Assembly (NCBI GenBank): GCA_900088475.1
Contig: FLMG01003022.1
Coordinates: 1-64,000 of the forward strand
Source of the DNA: Hyphochytrium catenoides
Taxonomy: Eukaryota > Protista > Hyphochytriomycota
Direction of reading: 5' to 3'
Length of the DNA: 64,000 nucleotides
Part shown: piece after piece, positions 26,601 through 41,600 of the stretch
How the letters are laid out: each line of letters starts with the position of its first letter
How positions within the stretch are numbered: position 1 is the stretch's first letter
Notes under the pieces: model-generated
The model's input: only the letters and a program-made list of their open reading frames with translations
Database searches by the model: none
What the model was told of the DNA's origin: nothing
Translations under genes and position numbers: made by a program

Positions 26601-29600
26601 AGAAGAAGAGAGGTTCTGCCCAGATGGTTCGACCTACACCTAGCGCTTCCGTGTGTGACTCTCTGTTGCTACTCCTCTATCAGATCTGTGCAAAGGCGAG
26701 CACGGGCTTCCTCTTTTTGGAGCGCCCATTTTTTGAGGTGGATGTGCAGCTGGCCGTACCCTCGGTCCGGCTAAGTCCTAGCCTGGAAGATGTACAGCGA
26801 GCAATCAACAGGTCCGCCGTCGCAGCCCTCCGCTGCTCCAAAAGTAAGGGATCATCAAAATGTCCTGACGCTGGCTAGACACATCATTCAACCGCAAGTG
26901 AACGTGCCTTTACTGATCAGGTGTTTTTCTCTGTCGCTTTGCTTTGTCCTTTCCATTCTCTCCATTCTTGGTTCTTCCTTATCCCAGACCTCTTTGAGTG
27001 GGGAAAGAAAGGTGATAACTCTGAGGAAAGAGTTCCACTCTTCCATCGACTGAGCTCGGACACGGAAATTGTAAAAGTCTGTCTGCTTCTAACGGGCGCT
27101 CTGTATGGAACGAAAAAGCACGTATACTCCTATCTGGACACGTTCCAGAAATATGACTGGCTCTGGAAGGAAGATAGAGACAGAGTTTACCAGGACTTTA
27201 TTGCCAGCAGCCCAAGCATACAGGTCCGGAACTTTTGACCAAAGAAAAGTGAAAGAGAGAACCGCAAAATATCTGATGAGGCAGGAGAATTAGATCTCAG
27301 TATCAATTGGGAATTTAACATAGAGAGGAAGTAGGACAGAGGGAGTGGAGGCGAAACTTCGAAGAGTTCTAAGAAAGCAATCCCCCTCCCCTAGCCAATT
27401 TTTTTCTCTGACCTACTAGCCTTCGTCGTATTTCACATCTCAGGACTTCGATCAGCAGCTGAAGTTCTTTGCTAGCGTAGAAGATGAGATTGACCAGATT
27501 CCGACCATGCACAATTTGGGAGCACTCTCTCTCCTTACCAAGAACCTAAGATTGCAGCTACGGAATGAGTGCCGGCAGTGGAAGGTCCAATATTCTGATA
27601 GGGTAAGAGTACCATACTTGGGTCGTGGCCGAAGAGAGAAGCTCGGGAAGGAGTTAACGACATACTGGGAGAAGATTGCTCATCATAGGAATTCTTCGTG
27701 CTACGTACTGCTACGGCGCACCGGCCTTATTGAGACTTCAGCAAGACCTCATAACTAAGGAGATATAGAGAGAAGAGACATAGAGCGAAGCTAACACCAG
27801 CTGCTTGACTCTCAGGTTCACCAACAAGCTAAAGAGGCCATGATGAACCTCTTAGACTATATCAAGCTAACGTTCCAGAGACTTAATCAACCGGTAAGAC
27901 AGAGACTGGCATGTCGTTAGTGAAGTAGAATTATGTCAATAGGAGTTAGAGTTGACAATTTTGGTGAGATACAGACATAGACACAATACACCGTTTGGAG
28001 AGAAGGACGATGCGGTATGGGGGGAGCATAAATAAAACAATTCTAATGGTACCTGATACTAATGCCTCTTCGTGCGCGAGTAGGTTGAATCTTTGGAGTC
28101 ACTGCGCTTTGTGATGACTGTGCTAAAGGAAGTAAGAGAGAGAGAAAGCGCAATAGAAATGGAGATCAATCCAATCATGGACATGTATCAGATGCTAGAA
28201 AATTATCTACCAGGTATGTGCAAGTAGGTTAGTGGGCTGAAGCAAGAAGAAAGGGGAGACCTCGTTGAGGTAGCCCAGTGAGCAGGCTGAGTTTAATAAT
28301 CTAAAGGAACCCAGCGGGAGGCTACCAGAGTGGAGCGAGAGCTACGTCAAGGTGATTACACTTACGTACCCTTCATTGCCTAGGGCGGGTTGTCGATCAA
28401 GAAGAGGTTGATAAGAAGACACTGATCCGGAGCAGCTGGAAGAAGCTTGTTGCCTTTGCTGAAGAAGTGACTGACAGGTAAAGACGGACGGCCCCGAAAG
28501 CCACCAACCTTAGTAGCCCACTAAACTTGTGCCACCTGGTCATTTCGAGTAGTCAATAGCGTCGTAATACTTATCTCTCTCCCCAAATCGGCCTCATGCA
28601 GGTTGGCGGATGTACAGGGCAGTTTTAAGAAGCAGTTATTAGTCGACATCAAAGACTTGGCTGCCGAGTCAGTAGCCTTTAGAAACAACTACCTCACTAA
28701 TGGACCGGTTGTTCCGGGCATCTCCCCAACAATCGCGCTGGAACGGCTCAATCGCTTCAAGGACCAGCTCTCAGTCATGGAGAGAAAAGCCGAAATGTAC
28801 AAAGGTCAGCATTCTCTTTTTCCAAATATTCAAAGCCCGAAGGAAGTGAACTGAAACCACTGTGACTTTCACTGAGAAGTTCATCATTCATTCCGTGCAA
28901 AGAAAGAGGCGTTAAGTAGCCGAATCGTCTAAGCCCAACTCAACTTGTTCCTTCTCACTGTCTCATCCTGCCTTCCACTATTTTCTCTATACGTAGGGGG
29001 AGAGGAGCTATTCGCCATGCGGCCAACCGAATATGTGGAAATGTTGAAGACAAAAAAAGAACTCATTCTTCTCGATCAGCTCTATTCCCTTTATATGGAC
29101 GTGGAGAACGCTATCTCATCCTTTAAACGCACTTCCTGGGGAGATGGAGACAAAAACATAACGAGAATGTGTGATGCAGTATCACGCTTTGAGGAAAGAG
29201 CAAAGGGCATGCCCAAAAAGCTATGTGAGTGGGAAGCCTTCAAGATGCTGACCGAGCAGATTGAAGCTTGTCAAGTAGTCCTGCCTCTCATCCAGGACTT
29301 GAGCAAGCGGTCGCTTAGACCCAGGCACTGGGACGAGCTAGCGGCCATCACAGGCGTGAGCTTCAATATTGACGATGAGGACTTGAAGATGGGGTCCTTT
29401 ATGGAGGCTGGCCTGACCCGGTTCAAGGTACCTTCGAACCCCGCTCTTTGTATTGGTCTACTGTCTTCTTCACTTCTGCTTTCGTAACTTTCTCTGTCCG
29501 AACTGCTTTATTCTTGTCTGCTGAGTCGCCATGGGTGTCACTGATCCGGCACTGAAATGATCCTTAGACTAGACCTGATGCGTACTTCCTTTTCCTGCTC

Positions 29601-32600
29601 TTCCCATCGCACCCAACATCAATCAGGACAAAATAGAAGAAATATCTGATGCTGCAGACAAGCAGTTGGGAATTGAGACCAAACTCCAGACCATACGTGA
29701 GACGTGGGAGAGTCGCGCCTTCGAGTTCGCTCCTTGGAAGAGTAGAGACGTTCCAGGTACTTGATAAGAACTACTTGACCTGCCTCGATGCCTCCATGAC
29801 GATTCTTTGTCTCTCTTCGTCCATGTTTAACTTCTATGTACCTCTGTTCACGGAGCCTGTTCGTCGTCTTCCTTGAGATCAGTCTCATTCAGTCTTTCTT
29901 CCCCTAAGCAACTATGACTTAGCTCTGCTCAAAAATCACCCTTTCTCCCTGATCTGTTGCAGTGCTCCGGGGTTACGGCCAGACTATTGAGGACCTAGAA
30001 GATGCGCAGCTGCATCTACAGAGCATGCTGGGACTCAGACACGTTTCACCCTTTCGAGAGGAGATTCAGGAAAAGCTCAAACAGCTCTCAGGTGGAGATC
30101 ATAGAGGAATTATGAGACTTGGAGAGAGTATTTCCCCTTACGCTTTGGCTATATGAGTTCATGGATAAGATGAGAGGGAGCACACAAAAGATCGGGGGTT
30201 ACATAGGATCAGATAAAGAGTTACCCTTTGATTCAACCACATCTTGTACAGCATAAGGACTATGTTGTGAGCTCTATGATACCGTTAGAATTTGTTATAT
30301 TGGAAGACGTGAGAATGTTTTCGGAGACTAACTGTTCGATCTGTGAACCCAGACACCACCGACACGTTAGAGCTCTGGACTAAGGTTCAAACAATGTGGA
30401 TGTCCCTAGAGACAGTCTTCACAGGAGGAGACATTGCTAAGCAGATGCCTGTGGAGGCAAAGAAGTTCGTCAAGATTGATAAAGAGTGGATCAAGATCAT
30501 GACAAAAGCCAGTGAAGTTGGACTTGTGGTTGCTTCTTGCAGCAATGACCTGACAAAGAGCACTCTCCCACTTCTCTTCGAGGAGCTTGAAAAATGCCAG
30601 AAGAGCCTGGAGGGCTATCTAGAGCAGAAGAGAGCCAAGTTTCCTCGGTTCTACTTCGCCTCGAATCCAGTTCTCCTTCAAATTTTGTCCCACGGAACAG
30701 ACCCCATCCATATGCAGCCATATTATGAGAAACTCTTCGACAGCCTTAGCGTGGTGGTAACTGACAAGGCGGACAAGCGAAAGATTACGAAGCTGAAGTT
30801 CATCACTGGCCGAGACGAGGAGGTCATATCTCTCTCGAACCCCGTCACAGCCATGGGGAATCTAGAGGAATGGCTTCGAGCCCTGGAGTTTGAGATGCAG
30901 GTAACAAGACTTAGCTCAATGGTCACCTCTAGGGTAGAGACTTGAGGATGTTGGTCCGCTGGTGGTTTATCCAAGACCTGATTTCTCTTCTCCCTCATTA
31001 TGCTATCCAACTCTCCTAGGCGGCCCATCCTCTTACACTCAAGTCTAGCTTTCTTTCTTAAACTATCTGAAGAATCACCTCCATGAGCTTTGTCGACATG
31101 CCGTTAACATGACCCTAAAATTCTCCACTTTATTGACTAGAAGTAAGCCCCAACTAACCATAAGCGCATTCTTCTCTTTAGTCGACAGTCAAGAAGCTTT
31201 GCCAACAGGCTGCAGCCCAAGTAGACCAGCCATGGACAAAGGAATATATTGACCGCTTCCCTTCCCAGTGCGCTCTGCTTGGCTTGCAGATCTATTGGAC
31301 AGCGGGCTGTGAGGAGGCGTTGGACAAGGCAAGAACTACCAAGGGGATCATACAGGAGACAAACAGAAAACAGATCGCTATCCTACAAGACCTTTCCTCT
31401 CTCTGTCTAGCGGATCTTCCTTCCTCAATGATTCGAATGAAATTCGAAGCCATGGTGTCAGTACAGGTGCACCAAAGGGATGTCTTCTCCGACCTGTCAC
31501 GGCTGTACAAAGAGAAAAAAATCCAAGATAGCGGTGACTTTGAATGGAGAAAGCAGCTTCGGACCTACTGGAAGAAGGATGGGCACACCGACAAGCTCGG
31601 GCCTGGCGGCTGCNNNNNNNNNNNNNNNNNNNNNNNNNNNNNNNNNNNNNNNNNNNNNNNNNNNNNNNNNNNNNNTACCGGTAAAACCGAAACAGTGAAG
31701 GACTTGGGTAGGTCTTTGGGCCTATATGTAGTGAACACCAACTGCACAGATCAGCAACACTATCAAGACATCGCAAAGATATTCAAGGGGCTTTGTCAGG
31801 CCGGCCTGTGGGGCTGCTTCGATGAGTTCAATAGGATTGATCTTCCTGTCCTTTCGGTAGTAGCACAGCAAGTCCAAGCCATCACCAACGCTAAGAGGTG
31901 AGGAGATGCTAATGTATATCCGTCTTGCTCTCTCGTTGCCCTTGCATTTCTCTCCCTCTACTCACAACCCAAGTTTGGGGTTGTTACACACTGCATTGAG
32001 TGTGACGGTTTGCCGTCGTCAGTATATACCGAATCTTTGCCTGTACCTCTTGGTAGCTCTCTGACATACCTCTTTGCTAACCTTCCTACACAGAACGAGT
32101 TCTACCACCCTGAACTTTCCTGGGGACTCTCAGGCACTATACCTGAATCCGCAGGTGGGCTACTTCATCACCATGAATCCGGACTATCAAGGGCGACAGG
32201 AGCTGCCCGAGAACCTGAAGCTCCTGTTTCGCCCAGTGTCAATGATGGTATCCGATAGGGAAATCATTATGAAGGTCGGGCTTCTATGTCTATACCAGCC
32301 ATATTGCTTGCTCTCCAGCCCCTAAAGAGATACCTCGTGATACCGAGGGGATCTATTTCTTGACTGTCATACCTTTGTCGCAGTTCGATATTCGGTCCTT
32401 GCGTTATGCCTCGCCATTATTGACTTGTTGTTGCTCTCTATAGCCCCTCCCATTATTTCCGGACACCCTTAGTAGTGGCCCTCAAACCCAACCATCGTTC
32501 CGTTCCTTTTGTTGTGCGTGGCAGCCACTTATCGACTGTTTGTGCACTGACTAGCAGTGCCAACAGCCTTCCTTCTGTTTTTCACAAATTTTGTTAGCTC

Positions 32601-35600
32601 CTATTAGACATCTGCGCTTTTCAACCCACCCAAATCCTCATTCGCTCCGTTGTAACTCTCAGGTTAAGCTCTGCTGCTCCGGCTATACCTCCTTCGTGGA
32701 GCTCAGCCGCAAGTTCAATGCGTGCTATGCGATGTGTGAGGAGCAGTTGAGCAAGCAAAAACACTATGATTTTGGACTTAGAAATGTACTTTCCGTCTTG
32801 AGAACGGCAGGGCAAGTCAAGAGAGACAATCTGGATACTCCGGAGGATTTACTCTTTTTCCGAACCCTAAGGTATGCATCTTCATGTGCTCTTTGCCTTG
32901 ATGAGTTACTGTTGTTACATGCATTGGCCCTCCTGATCACCTAGATGCCTTACTTCGTGTAGTATGCATAGCTGCCATAGAAGGGTAGAAGTCCGAAGAC
33001 TCTTCTTCTCTGTCCGGACCGGGGCACCAGGGTCTTACTCCTTAATACTATCTCCTATATCCATCTTCAAGGCCTCAACTACTATAGACTCCTAAAACTC
33101 ATCTTCTCATCTTGTGTTTCTTGAACATTGCAGGGATCTGAACCTGTCCAAACTGGTTCCTTCCGATGTTCCTCTATTTCTATCCATCCTTCACGATATC
33201 TTCCCTACCTCACCCGCACCTTCCTCAACGGAGCTCAAAGAGCTGGAGGACGCGATCAGTAAGGTTCTGGAAAGAGAAGGGCTTCTTCGTTCGCCTTCAT
33301 GGAATCGTAAAATACTGCAGCTTTATGATGCTACTCTCGTCCGTCATGGGATAATGCTGGTTGGGCCCGCGGGTGCCGGAAAGTCCAAGCTGGTAAGGTT
33401 CATTGATGCAGTAATAGCAACGTGGGGATGGAAAAGCGGACAGGAGGGGAGATGCCTGAATGACAGTCGTCAACATTTAAACATCATTCTCCTTTCTTCA
33501 GATCGCCACCTTGCAAGATGCGCTGACGATTTACACGAACGTCCCTCATAAACGGGTTAGAATGAACCCTAAGGCCATCCGGACAGAGGTAGGTGTTGCG
33601 GCTAAGGGGGCGAGTAAAAAGACCTTACCTCATGCTCTGCCCGGCTTTCTACGCCTTTATTCCTGCTTTGCCTTAGACCCAATCTCTCATACTTGATCTT
33701 CTAACCCGTCTACCAGGATATGTTCGGAGAGAAGCACCCTCTCACAGAGGAATGGGTGGACGGCGTCTTCTCCGCGATGTGGGCCAAATTCAATGACAGA
33801 AGTCGGAAGGACAAGCAATGGATTGTTTGCGATGGCCCAATAGACCCATTATGGATTGAAAACCTCAACAGCGTTCTCGATGACAATCGCATCCTCACGT
33901 TAGCTAACGGAGACCGTATCCCAATGACATCTAACGTCAAGCTAGTCTTCGAGGTCGAGGAGCTGCAGAATGCGTCACCTGCGACAGTCTCCAGAGCCGG
34001 AATAATCTACGTTAGGTAAGTGGCAGACTATGAAATAGAAGGTACCCATATAAACTGATGAAGAGCTGGATGGGATAACAATCGGCGGCACCTGTTTACC
34101 CATGAGGAAAGAGATCGAAGAGATGCCACCGAACCGTACTAAAGCCCTCCATGTTACGTTCCTCAGTGACACTGACCTAGACTGGTCACCAGTGCTTAAT
34201 GCCTACATTGAAAAAAGCAAGGACTCTGCCAAAAAGGTGCTGACCGCCTTCAGGGCCAAATTCTTTGGCTTGATAGAGGCCGAACGGCCTGGTTTGGGAC
34301 ATGCTTTCGAGTTCTTGGAGAGTCATTGCGGCATCAGAACTGCCGATATCCGCGTAATGGTGGTCACCTCATTTGTCCAATTAGTCGAGTCCTTGTGGAG
34401 AACCGCAGATTTCAGCAAGAGCGAGGCGGATATGATGCAGGAGGGAGAGAGAGTGCTTCTCTTTTCCTTTATCTGGGCATTTGCTGGGATGCTGGACCAA
34501 GAAGAGAGAGTGAAGTTTGAGGTCTGGCTTCGCTCGCTGTCTTCAAACCTGCCGCTTGGGGATCACGACACAATCTACGACTATCACGTCAGCCCAGAAA
34601 CAATGGACTGGACGAGGTGGAAGAACTGGGCATGGGAACCTCCTCGCTCTTCTGAGGCGTCCGCCTTTCCTCTAAATTCTTCTCCACACCAGGGCTTCAA
34701 AGAAGGGGCAAGAAAGGGTTCTGTCATTATCAAGGAAGAAAGAAAGCCATCTTACCAGTTGGATGTTTCTGAGACTCCTGTAGACCTGGGCTTCACATAC
34801 ACATCAGGGATGAATCTGTCTCATCTCCATCTGCCCACTCCTGAAACAGAACGAGTGAGATATCTTCTTGAGAGAATGCATGGCAGAGGATATCCTACGC
34901 TCATCGTAGGGCCCAATGGCTCAGGTACCTCTTAGCTTGGTTTGAAGTTCTCCTAATCCTCCAATACTAGTCCTCGCGGAAGCTTCCATCCATTCCTTCT
35001 TCGAGTTGCGTCTGCTTTTGCTAACTGTTTGTGGAACAGGCAAGAGCAGCCTCGTCAACGCTTTCATCCGCGACCCTCTTGGGCCAGTGCCAAAAGCTAG
35101 AAGGTTCGTTGTTAGCAGCCTTAGCACACCGGGTCGCTTACAAAAGATTTTGGAGGCGGAGCTGGAGAAGAGAGGAGGAAAGAGCTTCGGTCCTCAAGGA
35201 GGAGGGAGAATGTGCCTATTCCTCGATGATTTACACTCACCCTCACCGAACGAGTGGGGCGACAAACCTGCGCTGGAGTTGGTGCGACAGCTGGTTGAAA
35301 CAGGGAGCATGTGCTTCCTTGACAAAGACAAGAGGGGAGACCTGAAGGTTGTCGAGGATCTCTACTATATGGCAGTGATGCTGCAAGACAACAGAGTCAA
35401 CAGTAGAGAACTGCCTTCCAGATTGAGGAGACATTTTTTCCACATAAGGTGAGGCTTGAAACGCATCGGAATCGGGTGTTGGGAGTAAGAGTCCTGAGGC
35501 AGACGAGAGTGAACGAGACCTGTGTATGGTGTGACCCTAAGCACGGGAGATCTATAGTTCCATAGCGTTACTTTTGTTCCCGGGGTTTCTCTCTTGCCAT

Positions 35601-38600
35601 TGTATTTCACTAATCTTGCTCTGGTGGACACTGATTCTCTCTGCTCACTACAGGATTGGAGCTCCTTCCTATCCCTGCATTGAAAGTATTATGGGCAGAG
35701 TTCTCCAAGCGCGTCTTCTTTCGTTCAAACCTATCGATACAGTGTCAGAAGTCGTCCTGCGGCTGCCCTCCGTAACATCGCAGGTTCTTCAATGGTTGAG
35801 CCGCACTCTACCTCCTTCTCCTCTCCGGTTCCATTACTCTTTTGGATTGAGAGAAGCATTAAGAGTGGTAGATGGAGTAGTCTCCTCCCCTACAGAGCTC
35901 TTGTCGAACGAGAACTCCGTGATAAAGCTCTGGAGGCACGAAATGGAGAGAGAGATGAGCGACAAACTCATCTCTGATCAGGATAAGCAACTGCTATGGG
36001 ATAATATCAACCATGTAGGGCAGCAACCTACCTGAGTCTTTTCTTATATTTCCCTTTCCGCCTATTTAGCCTTGCCTCACCACGTGGTGCCTTTCGTAGT
36101 CCTGTTTCTCTTGCCAACTGCAGGCCTTGTTCTTGGACCATGCCACTCATGCTGCTTCTCAATTCGGAGCACTAAATGACCCCCTCTCCATATTGGTTCC
36201 GCTTCTGACTTAAACGCTTTCTTCCAGATGGCCGTTCAAACGTTCAGTCCCCAGAAACCCCAGGATAATGGTGCCGACAAGATGCAGGGAGGAAGAAGGG
36301 GAGCCAAACAATATTCTCCTCTCGATGCCAAGGATAAAAAAGGCCTTGCGGGTGGGTTACTTTCTTCCACCATCGATCTCATTTTGCTCTCTTTCTATTC
36401 TTTCCCATCGCGCCAGACACATTCGCTTAAGTCCTAATTACTCCTTGGCATCTAGAGGATGCGAGGTCCCGTATCACTATCTTACCACTTAGTCATGGCT
36501 CAATCTATCACAGGCCCTAAACCAACTCCTATTGTTGTGGACAATGTGCACTACCTTTTCGTCAATTTCCTGGGAGAAGATGTGAAGAACGAAAGAGGAG
36601 AGATAGTAAAGCCAAGTGATAGGGCATATCGGATGGTTGGTACGTTAAGTTTGGCGGTCATATCTTTTCTTGCCGCTTCTCTCGAGCTTTCCTCTTTTGC
36701 CTCTCTTTTCCTTTTGTCTTACTCTTTGCGTATTGGGAAGCTCTTATGTCTTTCGGCGTCATTGGGCAACAAATCAGTGTAACAAATGACCGAATGAGCG
36801 AGTACTTGTTTTGGTTAACATATGAGCGGGAAAGTTCTGCACAAAGGCTTCCTCTTTGCATCCTCATCCGCTTGCTTTAGGCGCTCTCTCCGACATCCGA
36901 GCCCGAGTTTCCGCGTTACAAGCGCAGTACGAGGGCGATTCAACTCCGAGCGCTTCCAAAGCACATTTTTTTTGGTTTGAAGACGCTCTCTCTCATTTGG
37001 TCAGAGTAAGCAGAGTGCTACACAGAGATAGCGGCGGAAGCATCCTGCTTATTGGCACAAGTGGGAGCGGAAGGAAGAGCATCGCCCGTCTTGCAGCTTT
37101 CATCTCTCGAACCTCTATATTTGAGGTGACAATGACAAAAACCTACGATTTAACCGCTCTGCTTGACGACTTGAGAAATATGTATAAAACCACAGGTGTT
37201 ATGGGTAAGTCCGGTGTGTAAGTAACGCTAGAAGTGAAGAGAGAGGAGAGGGAAGCGATAAGATACATAGGGATTGCCGACCAATGTGACAATAGAATCT
37301 CTCTTGCTTCTCGACTGATGGGTCTTCTAACCTTACCCAATCCCTACTTGCTCAATCTGCTTCTGTTACTCCAGAGAACCTCGAATATATACTTCATTAT
37401 CTCACTTCTTCTCGTTCATTGGTCTCTACCTGCAGGCAAACCCCTCACCTGGTTGATCTCCGACGCGTTGGTGAAACGAGAAGAATTCCTAGACGTCGTG
37501 AATCTGTTCCTTTCCACGGGAGAGATTCCACTTCTGTTCCCCAAAGACCAGTTAGGAGTCTTGGTGGGGGAGCTCAGGGGCCAAGTAAGAAGCTCCTGAC
37601 TGTGTCTCTAACTGGGCTTCGCTCTTGATACCTCCTATATCGCTTATCTTCTGCCCCTGGCGCCCCGTCTCCTACTCTGATCTATCTGCTCTAGGGGGCC
37701 TTGTCCGTGATGTGCAGTATATAGCCACCGCCTTCTTATCCGAAACGGGAACCCAACTCACCTCCCACTCTTATTAACTCTCTTTCCCTGGGTTCGCTGT
37801 TGTCTCGTTCGCGATCTATACTTATATTTCGTACTCTCCTTTGTCTTGTCTCTTTCCCCCCACACTCGGGTTCAGGCGGAAGCACGTGGCCTTGGAGACA
37901 GTCCTGAGGAGCTGGTCCGTCTTTTTGTCAGCAGAGTACGGAAAAACTTGAGGATTGCTCTTTGCCTATCTCCCAACAGCGATAACCTGGGAGACAAGGC
38001 ACAAAAGTTCCCGGCACTTTTCTCTGAGTGTACTATTGACTGGTAACCCTATCGCAATATTTCTTTTAGCCTCCACTATTTTTACACCCTTGCTCGTCCG
38101 ATTTTGAGTGCGCGTTATGTCATGCTCCACTCGTCTATGGTTGCCATTGGCGATACCTTTTCACAATCTATCACGAGTACACCATTTTCAGGTCTGGCAT
38201 CGATTGTCTTAGTCTTCCTTGCTAGATCTCGTTTATAATCTGGTCATCGGTCCCTCATCGAATCCTGGTAGCCATGATGCCTTCATTGCGTTTCGTAGTC
38301 CTGGAAGGCTCTCTCATAGTTCCTTGCCAGACCCGTCTATGTTTTTGACATAGTTTTCTCACCACACTTTCTATGATCAAGGTATCTTCCATGGCCCTCT
38401 TCTGCCCTAAGCGCGGTTTCGGAAGGCTCTCTGGCAGAACTAAAGATCGACTGCACTCCCTCAATAAGGGAGGAGCTGGTGGGCTACACGGCCCACGTTC
38501 ATGAGGCGGTAGTGGAAGCGGGAGAGCGATACAGCAAGATCATGAAGTAAGACAACTCTTGAAGAATGAGCTTTCAGTCCCTAGTTCTTGACTTTGTTCT

Positions 38601-41600
38601 TGACTTTGATCCCACCTTGGAGAGGTGATCCATGATATAGTTTTTGAAGGCCCTCGCTTCTTCCCTTTTTAAGGGCACGTGCCACTAATCTCTTCAAAAT
38701 CACTGTCAAATGGTAGGAGGCATGTTTATCAGACCCCGGTGTCCTTCCTCTCCTTCGTGGAGACGTACAAGACCCTCTACTCGCTCAAGCTGGATGAGAT
38801 CGAGCAGAAAGAGAGTAGAGTACTACTTGGTCTCTCCAAGCTCATCAAAGGGGCCGAGGACGTTGATAGGATGAAAGTCACGCTTAAGAAAGAGGAGGAG
38901 AAGCTGAAGGAGGCGGAGCAGACCACGAATATTATGCTAGGGGATCTGGAGGTCTCGTCAATGGCGGCCAAGAAGGAAAGTGACGTCGTCGCAAAAATCA
39001 AGGAAAAGTGCGAACTCGAAGCAGGTACGAGTGACGGAATGGTCAGACTATATAAAGTATGGGTGCGGTGAACGAAACGTCTTGACAGCGATTCAGAAAA
39101 GGGATCTCTTACAGGAACCTAAGCACCTAGAATAGGAGCAGAGAGGGCCCAGAGAGCGAGCTAGAGTTATATGCAAACAGGAATTCTGAGCTAAAAACTA
39201 ACCCCTTGCTCTTAATGAGATAGCGCAAATCTCCGAGGAGAAACGCCTAGCTGAGGAAGACCTGGCTAAAGCGAAACCGTTCCTGGAGGAGGCTGAGAGG
39301 GCGCTCTCTTCCATCAAGCCAAATGACTTGAACGAGTTAAAAAAGCTTGCTAAACCAGGAGACATCATTAAGCTTATCTTTGACTGTGTGGCCATTTTGC
39401 GCATGCAGCCACTTGTCAAGGTGGAAAAGAGCAGCATAACACTCGGTAGGGCTGACCAAAGATTCAGAGATGGCATCATTCCCATTGTTCATTTCCAAGC
39501 CCCTTCTTCTTACCTGTATCAGTTGCACATGCGGCTCTCCAACTTTTATTCCACTACTTTTACATTGATTTGTCCTTTGCCTCTACTGTGTAGGCATGGG
39601 ACGAACTCGGCGGACGGCTGACTTTATCATGGACTCCTTTTCTCAACTGAAGACGTCGATGCTTTCGGATGCACGCTTCCTGCAGTCTATTTTCACTTTC
39701 TCTCAGTATGAGAAGGATCTCATCAATGAAGAAACCATTGAGCTCCTGACACCGTATCTAGGTCGAGTGCCAATTGCCGTCACTTCTTTCACAACTTGCG
39801 CCTCCACCTACATATCCTCAACCTTATTTGGGAATTGCCGTTAGTACTCGAAGGGCAATACCTCTTGATTTACACTGCGGTGAAGAGTCCTACTTGCCTA
39901 CCTCATTTTTCAGCTACCACTATGTGCTAAATTGACATGTTGGACTTTAGAGCTGGAGGGCTTCCAACCGGAAACGGCTCGGAACGCGTCAAAGGCAGCC
40001 GAAGGGCTTTGCATATGGGTCCGCGCGATGTGTGACTACCACATGGCCTCCAAGATGGTCAAGCCTAAGCTGGAGGCCCTCAGAGTGGCCGAAGGCAAGC
40101 TGGAGGTTGCTAGACAGGCGCTAGCAAGAGCGGAGGAGAGGCTGCTGAAGTGCCAAGACGTGCTCACGAAGCTCAGGGTAAGGAGACAACTACAGCAGGC
40201 TTAAGGAGAGAAGGGCTAAGGAAAGAACAGACAAAGGCCTTGCTGGTGGTCACCTTGTTTGCGCACAAGAGTGATCGTCATTTACTTGCAAGTCTAATGA
40301 GTATGCAGTTCTACTGGTTGAGTGTAAAGTAACTCTCACCCTGGTTTGTTTGACTGCTGTTTGCGCGACGCCCTCTACAGCTGGACTTCGAAAGGCGGAT
40401 GGCAGATAAGTCTAAGATTGAGGACAACGCAGTCACAACTAGGAAGAAGATGGACCTTGCCACCGCGCTCATCACGGGCCTCGCTCAGGAGCAGCAGCGC
40501 TGGACGGAAGACTCCAAGCTCTTTGCGCAGGTTTCAGATTATCGTCTTTCCTTGAATGCGACTATTCCACAGCACTAGGACACATTTTAAAGAATCTCTC
40601 CTTTCCATATCACTATAACTTCTGTCCATTCGAAAGTCTCCATGAAGGCACACTAACTTCCCATTTTAGCTAAGCTCTGCTTGGTCTCTCTCTTGACTCA
40701 GCTTTGTGTTCTTACTATTTATGGTCCCTCTTCTAGATCAAACAACAACTTGTAGGCAACTGCGCCGTATCCAGCGCATTCCTCGCCTACTGCGGGCCGT
40801 TCAATAAGGACTATCGAGACCTGCTGATGGATACTTTTATGCAAGAGATACGCAAACGCTGTATTCCGGCGACCGAGAACTTGAACTTGCCTGAATTCCT
40901 TGTTGACCGGAGCATCATAGAAGACTGGGGTCTACAAGGCCTGCCAAACGATACGCTCTCTATCCAGAACGGAGTCCTATTAACTTACAGCCGAAGGCAT
41001 CCTCTGCTAATTGACCCTCAGGGTCAGGCACTAAGCTGGCTGAAGCGGCGAGAAGCGGGAAATCTTCCCTCCTTTGGTAAGCAGCTGGATGTTTGTAAGG
41101 GACAAGAGCGGGGAAGAGCAAGAGAGCGGAGACAGAGTCAACTGGCCAGACGTAGGAATATGTGGATAAGAGGACATTGGAAAAAAAATTTGTCAGAGGA
41201 CTCTAATGCTTGGAATTCTTTCTCGCAGGTACCACCAATTCTCTTCACCCTCGTTTCAAGGACCACCTGGAGCTAGCGGCCACCGAGGGGCAGACGCTTC
41301 TGGTTATAAATGTCGAAGAGAAGGTGGACACACTGCTTGAGGTCATACTAAGGAGAAACTATACCTACAGCGGCAAAAAGAAATTCGCACAACTCGGAGG
41401 TAAGAAAAGGAGCTCATCCTCAAGAAACATTTAGTTCAAAGACACAGACACACAGATAACTGGGATAGAGGAGGGAGTGGGCCAGCACAGCACACCTCCT
41501 AAGCCACAGAGATACAGAGAGCATTCAAGTCTGCCCCACGACACTCCGGATCTGTCTACTCATATAGGGCACGCATAATGACCCCTTCGAGTCTGATATA

